Source of the DNA: the human T2T-CHM13v2.0 reference genome, Homo sapiens
Strand: one strand, 5' to 3'
Length of the DNA stretch: 64,000 nucleotides
Assembly (NCBI RefSeq): GCF_009914755.1
Contig: NC_060939.1
Numbering within the stretch: the stretch's first letter is position 1; each line of letters begins with the position of its first letter. This document shows, piece after piece, positions 29,677-43,342 of the stretch. A program made the position numbers and the translations under genes. Under the pieces are notes generated by a model, which ran no database searches, was not told the origin of the DNA, and saw nothing but the letters and a program-made list of their open reading frames with translations.

Positions 29677-30568
29677 TTTTTTTTATTTAACAGTGATTTA
29701 TTCAAACATGTGTCACATTTGTGTATTATTAGGTTACAAGGATATTAGAATTGAGTCTTTACTCCTATCCTCTAGCCAGTTAGTTTTATCAGGGAGATAA
29801 TGCACACGTGTGTACATGGAAAGATAAATAATAATACAATGCCAAAAAAAGGAACTCAGAATATGACAAGACAGAACTTGAGCTAGATCATTTAAAAAGT
29901 TGGAAATTAGGTAAGTTGAGAACAATAAGAGAAAATTACCTCACAAGAGTTAGGAATATTTGTGATGTGTTTGGGAAAAAAAATAAATGGAATCATTTCA
30001 TTGGAACTGAGAGATCAATTAGGAGATATTAAAAGCTGGGGAAAGTCTGGATTCTAGGGGTTTCATATGTCATGAAGACATAGATGATTTTTGAGCCAGG
30101 AATATTCAAGAGTGTTTTGGAAAATAGGCAGCAGTAAATAAATGAGAAAATTAAAGAGATTAAAGGCAGGTAGAGTTCTAATTTAAAATTGTCAAAGGCG
30201 GAGAAGAGGAAGGAATGAAAGACAAAGGACGGTATATCAATTATGTTCAAGTGATCAAGATGGCAGCTGAAACCAGGGTAAGCAAAACAAGGAAATTTTA
30301 GTGCAAACAAGTCCAGGGATAATTCTAGCTTCAGTTATGACAATATTCAGGGCTCAAAAACTGTTGCTAGTACTGTTTTTCTTTAGCATTCAGCTCTGCC
30401 TTCTTTGAATGACAATAATATGGTAATAAAGTAGATACTGCTGTTCAGCCTCGCAGCTACCCAGAGACTCAGCAGGAAAGTCACTCTCTATTCACAGCTC
30501 TTTCCGAAGTTCTGAAATTCACTCTGATTATACCAGCGTAGATCAATCTGGAACTAATTAATAAGTGT
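29677..30568 (-). other. Retroposed non-L1 insertion (orphan transduction or RNA retrocopy) containing L2- and MLT1-like relics
   Basis: 16-bp TSD with one mismatch, poly-T at the left, and minus-strand AATAAA at 29697-29702. The host L1MA resumes exactly. Confidence 0.75.
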
Positions 30569-33500
30569 ATGTCCAGAACTTTTTCATATACCTGTTGACC
30601 ATTTTTGTTTGGTTGGTTTTTTTTAGAAATGTCTATTGAGGTCCTTTGCCCATTTTTAGATAGTTTATTTGTTTTCCTGCTATTGAGTTGTATGGTTTGT
30701 CTATAAACTTTGGATATTAACTCCTTATCAGATATATGATTTGCAAATATTTTTTTCCTAACCCATAGGTGGCCATTTTATTTTGTTGATTATTTTCTTT
30801 GCTGTGCAGAAGCTGTTTAGTTTGATATAGTCCAATTTATTTAGTTTTACTTTTGTAGTCTGAGCTTTTAGTGTGATTTAAATTGTATTTTTAATTTCAT
30901 TTTCAAATTGTTTCTTGGTAGTGCATACAAATGTAGGTGATGTTGGTATACTGATAGTGTATCCTACAATCTTGTTGAATGTCTTTATTAGCTCTATTAG
31001 TTTTTTGTGGATTCTTAATGATATTTTATATATGTCATTGGCAAATGGAGATAATTTTACTTCTTTCTTTCCCACTGGATTTCTCTTTTTTATTTTTTTG
31101 CCTAATTGCCTGAGATATAACCTCCAGTAAATAAATGTAAATGATGAGAGAATACATTTCTCATACTTTTAGAAAGAAAATATTCAGACTTTTACCATTC
31201 AGTAGAATGTTAACTCTAGAATTTTTGTAGATGACCTTTATCAGGTTGAGAAAGCTTCCTTTTACTCCTACTGTGTAAAATGTCTTTATCATAAAACAGT
31301 GTTGGATTTTGTCATATTTTTCCTTCTGCATATATTGAAATGACCACATACTTTTTTCCTTATATCTTAGTAATGTGTTCACTAATGTGCATTACACTGA
31401 TTATTTTTGGATGCTAAACCAACCCTTAATTCCTGGGCTAAATACAATGTGGCCATGGTGTATAATCTTATTTATATGTTGCTGGATTTAGTTTTTTTGC
31501 TGAGCATTTTTGGATACATATTTATAAGAGCCATGTCTGTGATTTACTTTTGTGTGATGTCTCTGGTTTTGGTATAAGAGTAAGATTGTCCTCATAGAAT
31601 AAGCCGAGTAATATTCCCTTCTCTTCTATTTTCTGGAAGAGCCTAAATTCTGGAAGAATTTCTGAAGGATTGGTATTAATTCTTCAAATGTTTAGAAGAA
31701 TTCACCAATGAAGTTGTGTCTGCTGGGGATTTTCTATGTGGGAAGTGTTAAAATTACTAATTCAATGTTCTTACTTGCTAAAATTCCATTCAGGTTTCCT
31801 ATTTCTTCTATCAAATCAGTAATGTTTGTCTCTAGGGATTTGCCCATCTTACTTAGTTTTCTCAGTTGTTACAGCATGTAGCTGTTTGTACTCTTGTGAT
31901 CCTTCTTATTGCTGTGAGTTTAGTAGTAATGTCCTCTCTTTTTCCTCGAAGTTAATAATTTGATTCTTCTCTCTTTTTTTTTCATGGTCTGTCATGTAAA
32001 AGACTTGGTCCGTTTTTGTTGATCTTTTCAAATAATCATATTTGGTTTAATTTATTTTTCTCTATTATTTTTCTGTTTTCTATTTCATTTATTTCAGGTC
32101 TAATCTTTATTTCTTTCTTCAACTGGCTTGGCTTTATTTAGTTCTTTTTTCATAGTTTTCTAGAGGGCTGGTTAGATTATTTATCTGAGATCTTCTTGAT
32201 ATAGGTGTTTAAATAGCTATAAATTTTTCTCTAATAACTGTTTCAGTTGCATTCCATAAATTCTTGTATGGCATCATCTCATTTTTATTTATCTCAAAGT
32301 ATTTTATAACTTACCTTAGGTGATTTCTTTCTTGACCCATTGGTTATTTAGGGGGGCTTTGTTTAAATTCCACATTTTTTCTGAATAGCCCACATTTTCT
32401 TTGGTTATTGATTTCTAATTTCATTCCATTACTGTTAAATAATATACTTTGTATAATTTCAATCCTTTTCAATCTAGTGAGGCATTTTTATGGCCTAGCA
32501 CATTGTCCATTCTGGAGAATGGCTTTTGTGCACTTGAAAAGAATGTGTACACCTTTGTTGTTGGGTTGAATGTTCTGTAGATGTTGATTAGGACTTGTTG
32601 GTTTAGAGTGTTGTTCAAGTCTTGTATACCTCTTTTTTTAAAAAACAAAATAGTTGTTCTATTCATAACTGAAATTTAGATATTTAAGCCCCTAACTATT
32701 ATTGCAGAGTTGTCTGTCTCTTCTTTCAAGTCTGTTACTTTTTGTTTCTTTTATTATGGGGCTCTATTGTTGAGTGAAATATGTCTATAATTTTTAGGTA
32801 TTCTTGACATATTGGCCTTTTAATCATTAGAAAGTGTCTCTCTTTATCTCTCGTAATTATTTTATATTGAAGTCTATTTTAACAGTATAATTCTGTTGTG
32901 ATTACTGTTTGTATGATGTATCTTTTTTTATACTTTCACTTTCAACAAATGTTAACTTTATTTCTGAAGTGCGTCTCCTTGTTTGTTTTACTATATTTGA
33001 CCATCTCATTCAATAGGATTGTTTAATCCATTCATATTTAATTATGATGGATGTAATTGATTCATGTTGGCCAGGATGCCTTTTCTTCTCTATGTCCCAT
33101 TATTACTTGGTTTCTTTATTCCTTCTTTATTGCCTCGTTTTGTCTTAAGTAGATATTTTCACATGCATTATTTTAACTCCTTTAATTAACTTTGTACTTT
33201 TTAAAGTTATATTCTTTAGCATTGCTCTAGGGTTTACCATAAATTTTCAGAATCCAAATCAGATTTATACTAATTTATTACAATAATTTATACAAATTAT
33301 ACTTCTACAGACTCCATTTATTCTCCCTTTATGTGCTATTATTCTAGAAAGTACATCTGTGTATATTACAAAGCCAGCACTACATTGTTACCATTATTGC
33401 CTTACAGAATCATATGTTTTAAAGAAGCTAAAAGAAGAAACAAGAGCAGAAATATATAGAGTTTAAATATCTGTCTGTCTTTTATTTACTATTTTGAATT

Positions 33501-36334
33501 TGCTTCATTTTTTTTTTGTTGTGGATTCCGGTTACCTTCTGCTGTTACTTAGTTACTGTAATATAGCTTCATTCCCACCCCTCTCTTTTGCCTTCTCATT
33601 CTCAAATATGTATTTCATTTTTATACATAAAAAGTAAAACAATCCAATTTATACATAATGTTTTATGCAAGTGCCTTTTAAATAAGTTAAGAGATGAGAG
33701 AAAAAATATATATAATTATAGTGTATTTTATTATCACTTACATAAATTATCTTTACCAGAACTCTGTTTTGTTTCATGTGGTTTCAAGTTATTTTCTGGT
33801 GTCACTCTGTTTCAGTCTGAAGAACTTCCTTTAGTACATCTTTTAAGGAAGATATGCTAGCAATGAAGTCTCTTAGTTTTTGTTTATCTGAAAATGTCTT
33901 TATATCACCTTTATTTTTGAAAGAGGCCTTTTTTTCCTTTTACCTTGTTGAATACTTAATTCCATTGTCTTTTATTATCCACAATGTCTGATGAGAAGTC
34001 AGCTGTTAATCTTATTGCAATTTCTCTGTACACAGTAAGTCATAACACATGAATCTTGTACATAAGTCTTGAACATAAAGTCATGTACATGAGACTTGCT
34101 GCTTTCAAGATTTTTACTTCATCTTTGACTTCAACATTTTGACTTTGAAATGTTTTCTGGGTAAGGATCCCTTTCCATTGAAAAACAAAAGTTTACTCTA
34201 ATTTGGAGTTAACTTCTTTGATATGTTGGTTGGTGTTTTTAGTTAAATTTTAGAAGTTTTCAGCCCTTGTTTCTTTGGATATTTTTTTTCTGCTCTTTTC
34301 TCCCTCTCATCTCATTCTGATTTGCCCATTATGTTTATGTTGGTGTGATTATGTCATTTCATATTTCTTCTGAGGCTCTGATCATTTTTCTTTTTTTGCC
34401 ATTGTGTTTTTCAGTCTGTATAATTTCTATTTATCTATCTTCAAATTTGCTGATTTTTTCTTCTGTTGGCTAAAATCTAGACAGTTGAGCCTCTTTAGTG
34501 ATATTATTTAAGTTTTTATATTTGTTTACACCAACATTTCCTCTTGGTTCTTTTAAAAAATAATTTCTAACTCTTTATTGATAGTATCTATTTAATGAGT
34601 CATTGTTAGCACACTTTCTTTAATTCCTTAAGCATGGTTTTCTTTAGTTCTGTTACCATATTTGTAACATCTGCTTTTAAGTTTTTGTCTGCTAAGTTAC
34701 ACTAATGTACCTCCTCACAGGTAATTTCCACTGCCTGATATTTTTTCCTCTCTATGGGCCACTCTCTTCTGTTTCTTTTGTTGGTGTTTAAACTGTACAT
34801 TTTAGATAATGTAGCAACTGTGGATACTGATCTCCCCTTCTTGTGGGTTGTTTAGTGACTTGACTGGACTGATTCTGTGTATTTATTTCCCCTGTATTAT
34901 GCAGCCTCTGATATCCCTGCTTAGATTTTTCTTTTTTGTTCTGTTTCTTCAGCCTGGAATTCTAGGAAACATCTCTGGATCTTCACAAACAACTTATTAG
35001 TTAAGGGTTGTACCTCAGTTTCCTTAGCCACATAACCTTTACCACTGCAGGCATGTGTGCCTTAGAGACTTACTTCACTGTTCAAGGAATTTACTCTTTT
35101 GTTCCATGTTTGTCCAAGGATTCAGAGTCTCTGTTCATTCCTGAGAGAGCACAGCCTTGGGCATCTGCACAGTTTTCCAGACGGCTGAGGATGAGAGGTA
35201 TTTTGCTTTTGCGCATAATTCACTAGGTGTTCCCTTAGGTCAGAGTAGCTTATTGTCCAGCCAGTCTGTGATCCAAAGCTCCAGGCCCTCTACTGATGGA
35301 TCTCTGCATGGCTGGGGAAGGTTTTCAAGTCTGTTCCATGTCTTGCTCTGATTGCTCATAAGTGGTGCAATCCAGCACATGGACACAGTCTTCCAGACCT
35401 CCAAAGATGAATGTGATTCCCTGAAGGACTCTTTTTGGCTGTCTCTTGCTCTGATACTCTTTTAAACTTCTGGAAGGTCTATTTTGCTTTTTGCTATTAG
35501 CATCATGGAGCTACCAACTCATTTAATTGCTTGCCACTAAGGTCTCCATTGTTTTCCATAATTTATTCAGATATAAACTTCTCCAGCTCTGTTTCAATAA
35601 AGTCTGTCCCTTCAGGCAGTACTTTGAAGGTATCCGTCCTTATGACCTACTCTTACCTTGGGTAAACCCTATCCTGGATGTGGGGTTGGAAACAGTTGCC
35701 TTATTTTTTTGGAGTAGCACTTGTGCTCTATGAGTGAGCTCTGGGGAGAGTGGCCCCTTGTTTCTTGACTTTTCTTTTCTGGCCTGGAACCTCTATGTGC
35801 AAGCTGGAGAGGGAGCAGTTGAGTCCAGTGTTCTCAGCCTCTACACTTAGAGCAGAGTCCTTGCCCTGTGAATGGGGGCTGAATGAGGGAAAGGAGCCCC
35901 AGTTCTTCTGGCTGCACTTACCCAGAATAGCACTTTCACAGCGTGGGGCTCGGAAGGATGACAGATGCCGGAAGCCTGCCCCTTGTGGGATGCAACTGTA
36001 GCCTAGCCCAACATCTGGGGCTGGGGACAGAGGAAAACCCTTGTCTTCTTGGTTGCACCCACCCTGAAAAGAGGGTCTAGAGTAAGACCCACATTACATG
36101 GGGTGGATAGGAACACAGAGTGGCTCAAATGCCACCATCTCTCACTGTTCTTACCAAGATTTAACAGATTTGTTTGAATGATTATTTCTCTACTTTCTGT
36201 ATTTACTGAGGAAAATTTCCAGAGACTTTTAATTTTTTTTTCAAATAATTTTCACCAGTTAAATTTTTGTAATTGTTTCACTGGGGAGAGTCCGCCAAGC
36301 TCCTCACACCTCCATTCCAGAAGTCCTATCATTT

Positions 36335-37113
<779 letters not shown>

Positions 37114-37114
37114 T

Positions 37115-37290
37115 CATTAGCTCACTTACTTCTCACAGTAAGTTCATAATATCAGTGACGCTATTGTCTGCATTTTACAGAAGTAGAAGCTGAGAGAGGT
37201 AACTTGTCCACGTTCTTCATTTAGAGAGGGACAGAGCAGCACGTCAACCCCAGCCAACCTAATTGCAGGCACCTACTCTTTACACTGTGC
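37115..37290 (-). mobile_element. MIR
   Basis: 'cattttacagaagtagaagctgagagaggtaacttgtcca'. Confidence 0.7.
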
Positions 37291-37739
37291 TCTGTTGCCC
37301 AAAGAACCAAGTCCAGGGGTCTACAAAGTGAGAGGAGCGGGGAGTGCCCATGGCATTGTAAATTTACTTCTGGGAAATGATCTCTTATACTGCAGTTGCA
37401 TTCATTCATTAAAAACCATCATGATAGTAGCTAGAAACGTTGAAATTCATTACCTCATATTTCAGAATCTGATTTGTAATATATATTGAAAATGAACATT
37501 TTTTAAAAACAGTAATTTACCATGCAAAGACCATCTGACACGGGAGAAAAAAAATCCATTTTATAATTTGTATTTTGACTTTCAGTTTCCGTCACCCATT
37601 TTATATTTATGATTTTTTTTAATGGAAGAAATGTCCAAGGAAGAATGGAAGCCATAGAGGTGTCTTGGAAGCGTGTTATAATACAAACAATACACACATG
37701 GAAATGTTAATGAATTCACCACATATGTAACCTAAAACT

Positions 37740-38270
37740 GTCCGTGCTGTTTCTCTAAAAGCATTTAATAGGTTCCCACTAGTCTCAGGATACAGCTTCT
37801 ACTTCTTGGTGTGCATTTGGTCCTTCAGGATCTTCCTCCTGTCCCCGTTTGCAGACCCCTGTCCTGCTAACCTCTGCTTTCCTTGTACTCTGACCACTGA
37901 CCACATGCCTCTAGTCTAGGCTTTTGTTCATCCTGTGTCCTCTGGCCAGGTGCCCACTCCCCTATTTCCTCTTTCCATGATAATTTCCTGTTCAGCAGGA
38001 ACACTCTGATTGGACATCACCCATCCACAGAAAAATCTCCTGATGCCCCAGGAAAAGGTGATATCCCCATCGCCAGATTCCAACAGCACGCTGGAAGTAT
38101 CTCTGTGACAGGTGTCACAGTGTGCGAATCTATTTACACCTTCACCCAGCTTCTTCTTCAACAATTTCTTGGCCACAAACACCATGTCTTACTCATCGTG
38201 TACATCTAGTGCCTGATGCATGCTCCAGAAAATTTAATGACTGTTCATTCAATGGATGAATGCATGAATT
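37740..38270 (+). mobile_element. L2 3' portion
   Basis: Ends 'atctagtgcctg...tggatgaatgcatgaa'. Confidence 0.6.
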
Positions 38271-39133
38271 TATGTACCTGTCAAAAATGAGTAAACATCT
38301 CAGAAGCAACTGGTCTGAGAGTCAGTTTCCATAGAAAACTGTCCTGAACCAGTCACTGGGGGGTAAGGAAAAGGGAAAATTGAAAGGTGATCTGTCATTT
38401 CAATTGGGATGACTGTGGTTTCAGCAAAATACTGTGTAATTGCAGCTAGCGAGTGAGAGACCAGGCAGAATGGCCTGTTCATGGCCCTAGGAAAGGGTCT
38501 CGGGTGAAGGGCAGGCCCAGCACGCCCTGCTGCACTCCTTCGACACTGCCATTCAGGTGCCACCAGCTTCCCCATCTTGTCTGCTGCTGTTCTCAGCAGG
38601 CACAGCCAAATGCCAAGGCCTGTCACACTCAGCCTCAGAAACCCCAGATGCACCACCCCCAACAGCCACTGTCTATGGAAGCTAATGATTAAGGTGGAAC
38701 AAGGACTCATTGCTGAATTCCATCCAGAGTTTTTAAAATAATTCCCATGCATACTGATACCTGCCTGACAGAGGTGTTGGGAGGATTAATTATTCATTTA
38801 CTTTTCCTCTTCCTCTGCAAAAAGCAAAGAGGCAAACCTGTATGGAAGTCAAATGAGCAGTGTATGGATCCCCATCAACTGCAGTGTAAACAGAATAGAA
38901 ATAAATCCTTATGAAGATGGGTTATTTGGGTGGGATTACCATCTAATGTCTACCTCTGCGAACATCGGCACTACCTCAAACAGTATTAACTATAAGTCAT
39001 TTAGAGTAAATATCAGAATATGGTAACGATTTTTAAAAAGACGATTAGATTGTAGGCAACACTAACAGAGATACAGTGTTGACAACAGGAGAGATCAAAA
39101 CTCTCAGAATGAACTTTAGGAAAAGCAAACTTG

Positions 39134-39507
39134 ATGGTATGGACCAAGTGTTTGTGTCCTCCTCCCCTCCCCACCAAATTCAAACACTGAAATCCTAACC
39201 CCCAAAGTAATGTACTAGCAGGTGGGGGCATTGGGAGGTGATGAGGTCACAAGGGTGGAGCCCTCATGAATGGGATTAGTGCCTTTATAACAGGGGCCTC
39301 AGGGAGGCCACCAGCCCTCTCCAGCATGTGAGGACACAGCAAGGTGCTGTCTATGAATCAGGAAATCAGGAAATGCACCCTCACCAGACACCAGTCTGCT
39401 TGTTGCTTTATCTTGGGGTGCCAGTCTCCAGAACTGTGAGAAATAAGTTCTGCCATTTATAAACCACCCAGTCTGAGATATTAGAGCAGCCTAAATGGAC
39501 TAAAACA
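39134..39507 (+). mobile_element. MLT1A-type solo LTR
   Basis: 'gccctcatgaatgggattagtgcc...tgaggacacagc...ctccagaactgtgagaaataa...gactaaaaca'. Confidence 0.9.
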
Positions 39508-39980
39508 CTGATCATGTCATTCCTCTGCTTGAAATCCTGCAAAGAACCCCGTTATCAATAAGCACCCCAGTCTGTCTCCTGCCTGTGTTCTAAGCAACTC
39601 TCCTGCCAATCGATGCCCACGCTCTTCTGTAGTATTTTATGCTCTGCTAATTCTGTTGTCTCTGTACTTGTCCAAATGCATGATACCTACCTTCCCTCTC
39701 TACATAGAAAGTCCCGGCAGAACTCATACAACTTACCAACGTTTTATTCATCTTGCAAGACCTCTGTCCGACTTCACACTGCTCCTGTTTTCTTTATACA
39801 TTGTTCTATGTGTGTTTCTTTATACATTGTTCTGCGATTTGGTTTACATGTTCTGTTCTCCTGCCCCCATCAAGTATGTGGCCTGGAGGGTAAGGAACGT
39901 GTTAAATTTACCTTTGTGTCTCTGCTGACTTTGACTGTCTGGCATAGAGGAGACACAGAGTCTATCTTTGAGGGACTGAA
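39508..39980 (+). mobile_element. L2 3' portion
   Basis: 'tgatcatgtcattcctctgcttgaaatcc...ctggcatagagg'. Confidence 0.6.
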
Positions 39981-42900
39981 CCTAACCATCAGGCATGCAG
40001 AGTGCTGCAGAGGGCCATTGAGGCACAGGAGGCAATGGTGTTGTAACAGGAACCCATGACAGCTGGCAGTCCCAAGGGGAGCTTAGGGAGGGATGTTGAC
40101 GAGACCCTGAGATATGGGGGCAGCCTGACTTCTGCTGCATCTTCCTGGATGGTGCCACTGGAGTGGAGGGTGGGATGTTACACAGAATCCCATTTGGGTC
40201 CCAAATAAGGCCCAGTTCTTTCTTATAACCACATCTCAAGTTTCCAGGACAGTGAGGGTCCAGTGGCTGTGGCTGGGGATGTGGGTGGGAAACAGATGCA
40301 CCGGGCAGATGGTACTTGGGGAGCTCTGAATCAAGCACTGCACAATTCACCCAGGATGGCCATGCTGGGTGAAGTCGCCACCTGGGAAGGTCCTGCCACA
40401 GACTCAGGACTTGGCTTCCCAGAATAACTCAAGGGTAAGCAGACAGCTGTGGGAACACAAAAAGCCAGCAACATTACAGGGTCTCTGGAACACAGGGCAA
40501 ATCTCTCTGAGACCATTTGTTGAAACGGGAAAATAGACTTTTTGACCTGTGGCCAGAGGAGACTCAGGAGCAGGCTGCTGGCAGCACAAAACCATGCATG
40601 CCAGAGGGCTGCTGGCTCTCCCTGCACCAGCTGGGGGTGCCCTGGGCTCTGCAGACACTGTCTCCACCCTGGTGAATCCCTCCCTCTGTGGCATTCTCTC
40701 CCGACTCCTACTGACTCCTGCAGGCAGCGGCCAGCACACTGGAGAGGGTGTGAAGAGCAGGCGACAGGCAAGGCAGTAGGTTTAAAGGATGCTTCCAGAG
40801 ACAGTGCTTGGAGCTGTGGGCTTGACAGCCATGTGGACAAGGTAAAGGCTGCAGGTTTCAATGTGCAGCCAGACAGCTTTACAAAGGGCCTGTGGTTGTT
40901 TCAATCTGAAATCATTCAATGTTGCTTCTTCCTCTGTGTTGTTTTGTGGCACCAAATAACCATGACCAGGTCCTGAGAAAGACAGCTGGAGTTCAGGGTG
41001 TTTTGAAACAACACGGGCAGGCCCAGAAACACCTGGCCCCAAAAGCCTGTGCTGATAGAGCAAGTTGTCAAAAACAAATGCCAATTCAAAGGTAGTTATA
41101 TGTGTATTTCTTCTTTATGATTGTAAACTTGCCCGAAGACAGGTATTCTATTTTCTTCTGACCTTTCTCCTTCCCTGTGGACCCCACACTTTCCCAGCCC
41201 CTTGAGACTTGCCCCGGAGGCAGGTGTGTGTTGTCTGCTGTGCTCCTTTGGGTTTTTCTTTGGGTCCCTGTCATCCCTGCACTTTCACTTACTCCACTTA
41301 TTCCAAGTAGTTCTCCCAGCAAATAACACTCAGCATCCTTTATTGATGACCCGCTTTCTTCCAAGCACCCTCCTAGGCACTGGGGAGCCACAGCAGCATA
41401 AAAGCTCCCGTTGCCACTGAGCAGGGATGAGCCTCAAGAAGGAAAATTTCCCCCAGTATCAGGTGCTATAGGACTACGGGAGTTCAGTGAAATGTGTGCT
41501 TGTTGGTTTGAGATTCTAAAGTATAAGAAAAATTGCCTGGAGGCTCTGCTGTCAGCATCTTTGCAAATGACAAGGAACAGACCAAGCAAGACTGAAGGAC
41601 AAAAGATCCAGGTTAGTTACAGGGCATTTAAATCGCATTTAAATACCTGCTTATTGTTGGTCCTGCAGTACACCAGGGAAGGAGGAACTTGGTCAATTTC
41701 CCCCTCCTCCTCCTTTAATTACAATTCCGTTCTGATACATTGGATCAGTTGTTTTTGTTTGCTACTTTTGAAAGGCGAAAAATAGATTTTCCAACAGGCG
41801 CAGCCACAGGGCTTGGTGCAGGTGAGTGCTCTACAGTGCTCATTTTGTAGCAGCTCTGCAGAACTGATTAAAAACAGGGAAGCGAGTAGAGTAGATAAAT
41901 TACTGCAGAGGCTCAGGTTTCTCCAGAGTGGATCAGGCTGATTTCAGTTGCCAAGGAGCAATGTGTCTGTAGCTTGGTGTGTTCTGTTTTGTAGGCTCTG
42001 TGCCAATTGCTTCTGCATCATGAGCCCATCCCTTCTGCTATCTTCATTGCATTGGAGAAGGATCTATCTCAGAAGCCTTGGTATTATTGATTATCCAGCA
42101 AGATACAGCTGTAGGAAGAGCAAATTGCGAGAAACCTATTTGTGAAATTCATTTTCCTATACTCTAAGACATGGGCACATCAAAAGGGAAGAAAGCAATC
42201 ATTTAAAGAGAAATTCCCCTGGCAAGGCCTCCCTGGTTCCTTACAGGCTAGAAGTCAAAGAGACCTAGTGGGATTCATCAGCATGTTAGCTAAGCTTGCA
42301 TGGCCTCAGATCTGGCTTCTCTAAAAAGCAGAACTTAATCCTGCTTTCCTGGAAGACTCTGTTTAAATAACAAAAGTTCAGGAAAAAGAAGTTCCTGGCA
42401 TGTCTTAGGTACACATTTTATCTCCTGTCTCTCTATAATTTCCAGCACTTTCTACTCTTATGAATTTGCAATTAAAGCCTGTGTCTGATAAGCCAAAATC
42501 CCAGTTGAATTTGCTGCTTGTTTTAAAGTGGCCTTTGATAACATTCACTTGTGTCATTTTACTGTCCTTGAGTGGTGACCAGTTTCTGGGGCTGGGGTGA
42601 GGAAGTGTGTGTTTTCCCACTGTCTCCCAAATTCTTCTGCTTCTGCTGCTGTTTGAGTCTTTGGAACTGGGCCACTCCTGAGCAGTTATAACTGTGCATG
42701 ACTTGAAGACATTCATCTCAGCTCTTGTTTCTCTTCTGGCTTCCCTAGTGAAAAAATAAAGCTGGACCCCGTTGTGGGTGAGATGATGCGGGCCCTCTGA
42801 TGACAGCAGTGCATTTGGAGGAAAGGCCAGGGGTAGTTTAACAGTGATGACAATGAGGCCTGAAAGTGTGTATTAACCCTTTTTATCCTCGGCAATGGAA

Positions 42901-43049
42901 ACAGAGGAAGAGTTGTCCAGAAAAGATAAAGGGATATTCAGCAAAGCCCACTGAAAGTAGGCAGGTGGCATTCCTCCAATCTTGGGGAACATAACCTCAG
43001 TATAAAAGTTGAAAGAGACTTGGCAAGATCCATGGTTGCCAGTGGAGTG

Positions 43050-43222
43050 TTTTAGGAAAAAGCTGTAGCATGGGGGAAGTTTTGGGAATGTGGAGCTGTT
43101 CTGTATCCTAACTGTGCTGCTGACTGCATAACTCTATCCATGGGCCTAAACTCATAGAACTATACACCTTTAACAGTCCATCGCTACTTTATGTAAGTTT
43201 CAGATAATAACAACAATAAAAG
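43050..43222 (+). mobile_element. L1MB/MC 3' UTR fragment
   Basis: 'gttctgtatcctaactgtg...aaactcatagaactatacac'. Confidence 0.65.
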
Positions 43223-43342
43223 AGGCTCAGAGATCGAAAGTTGAATGTTTGGTCTCCGCTATTGCTATCAGAGTCAGGCACCCCACATTTTTGCAACGGC
43301 AACCGGGATGACAGGTCCTTGACTTGAGAGTCCCAAACCAAG

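Noticed and set aside
39982-41084. Cluster of 100-176 aa ORFs on both strands
   Set aside because: No recognisable domain or consistent exon structure; compatible with higher local GC.
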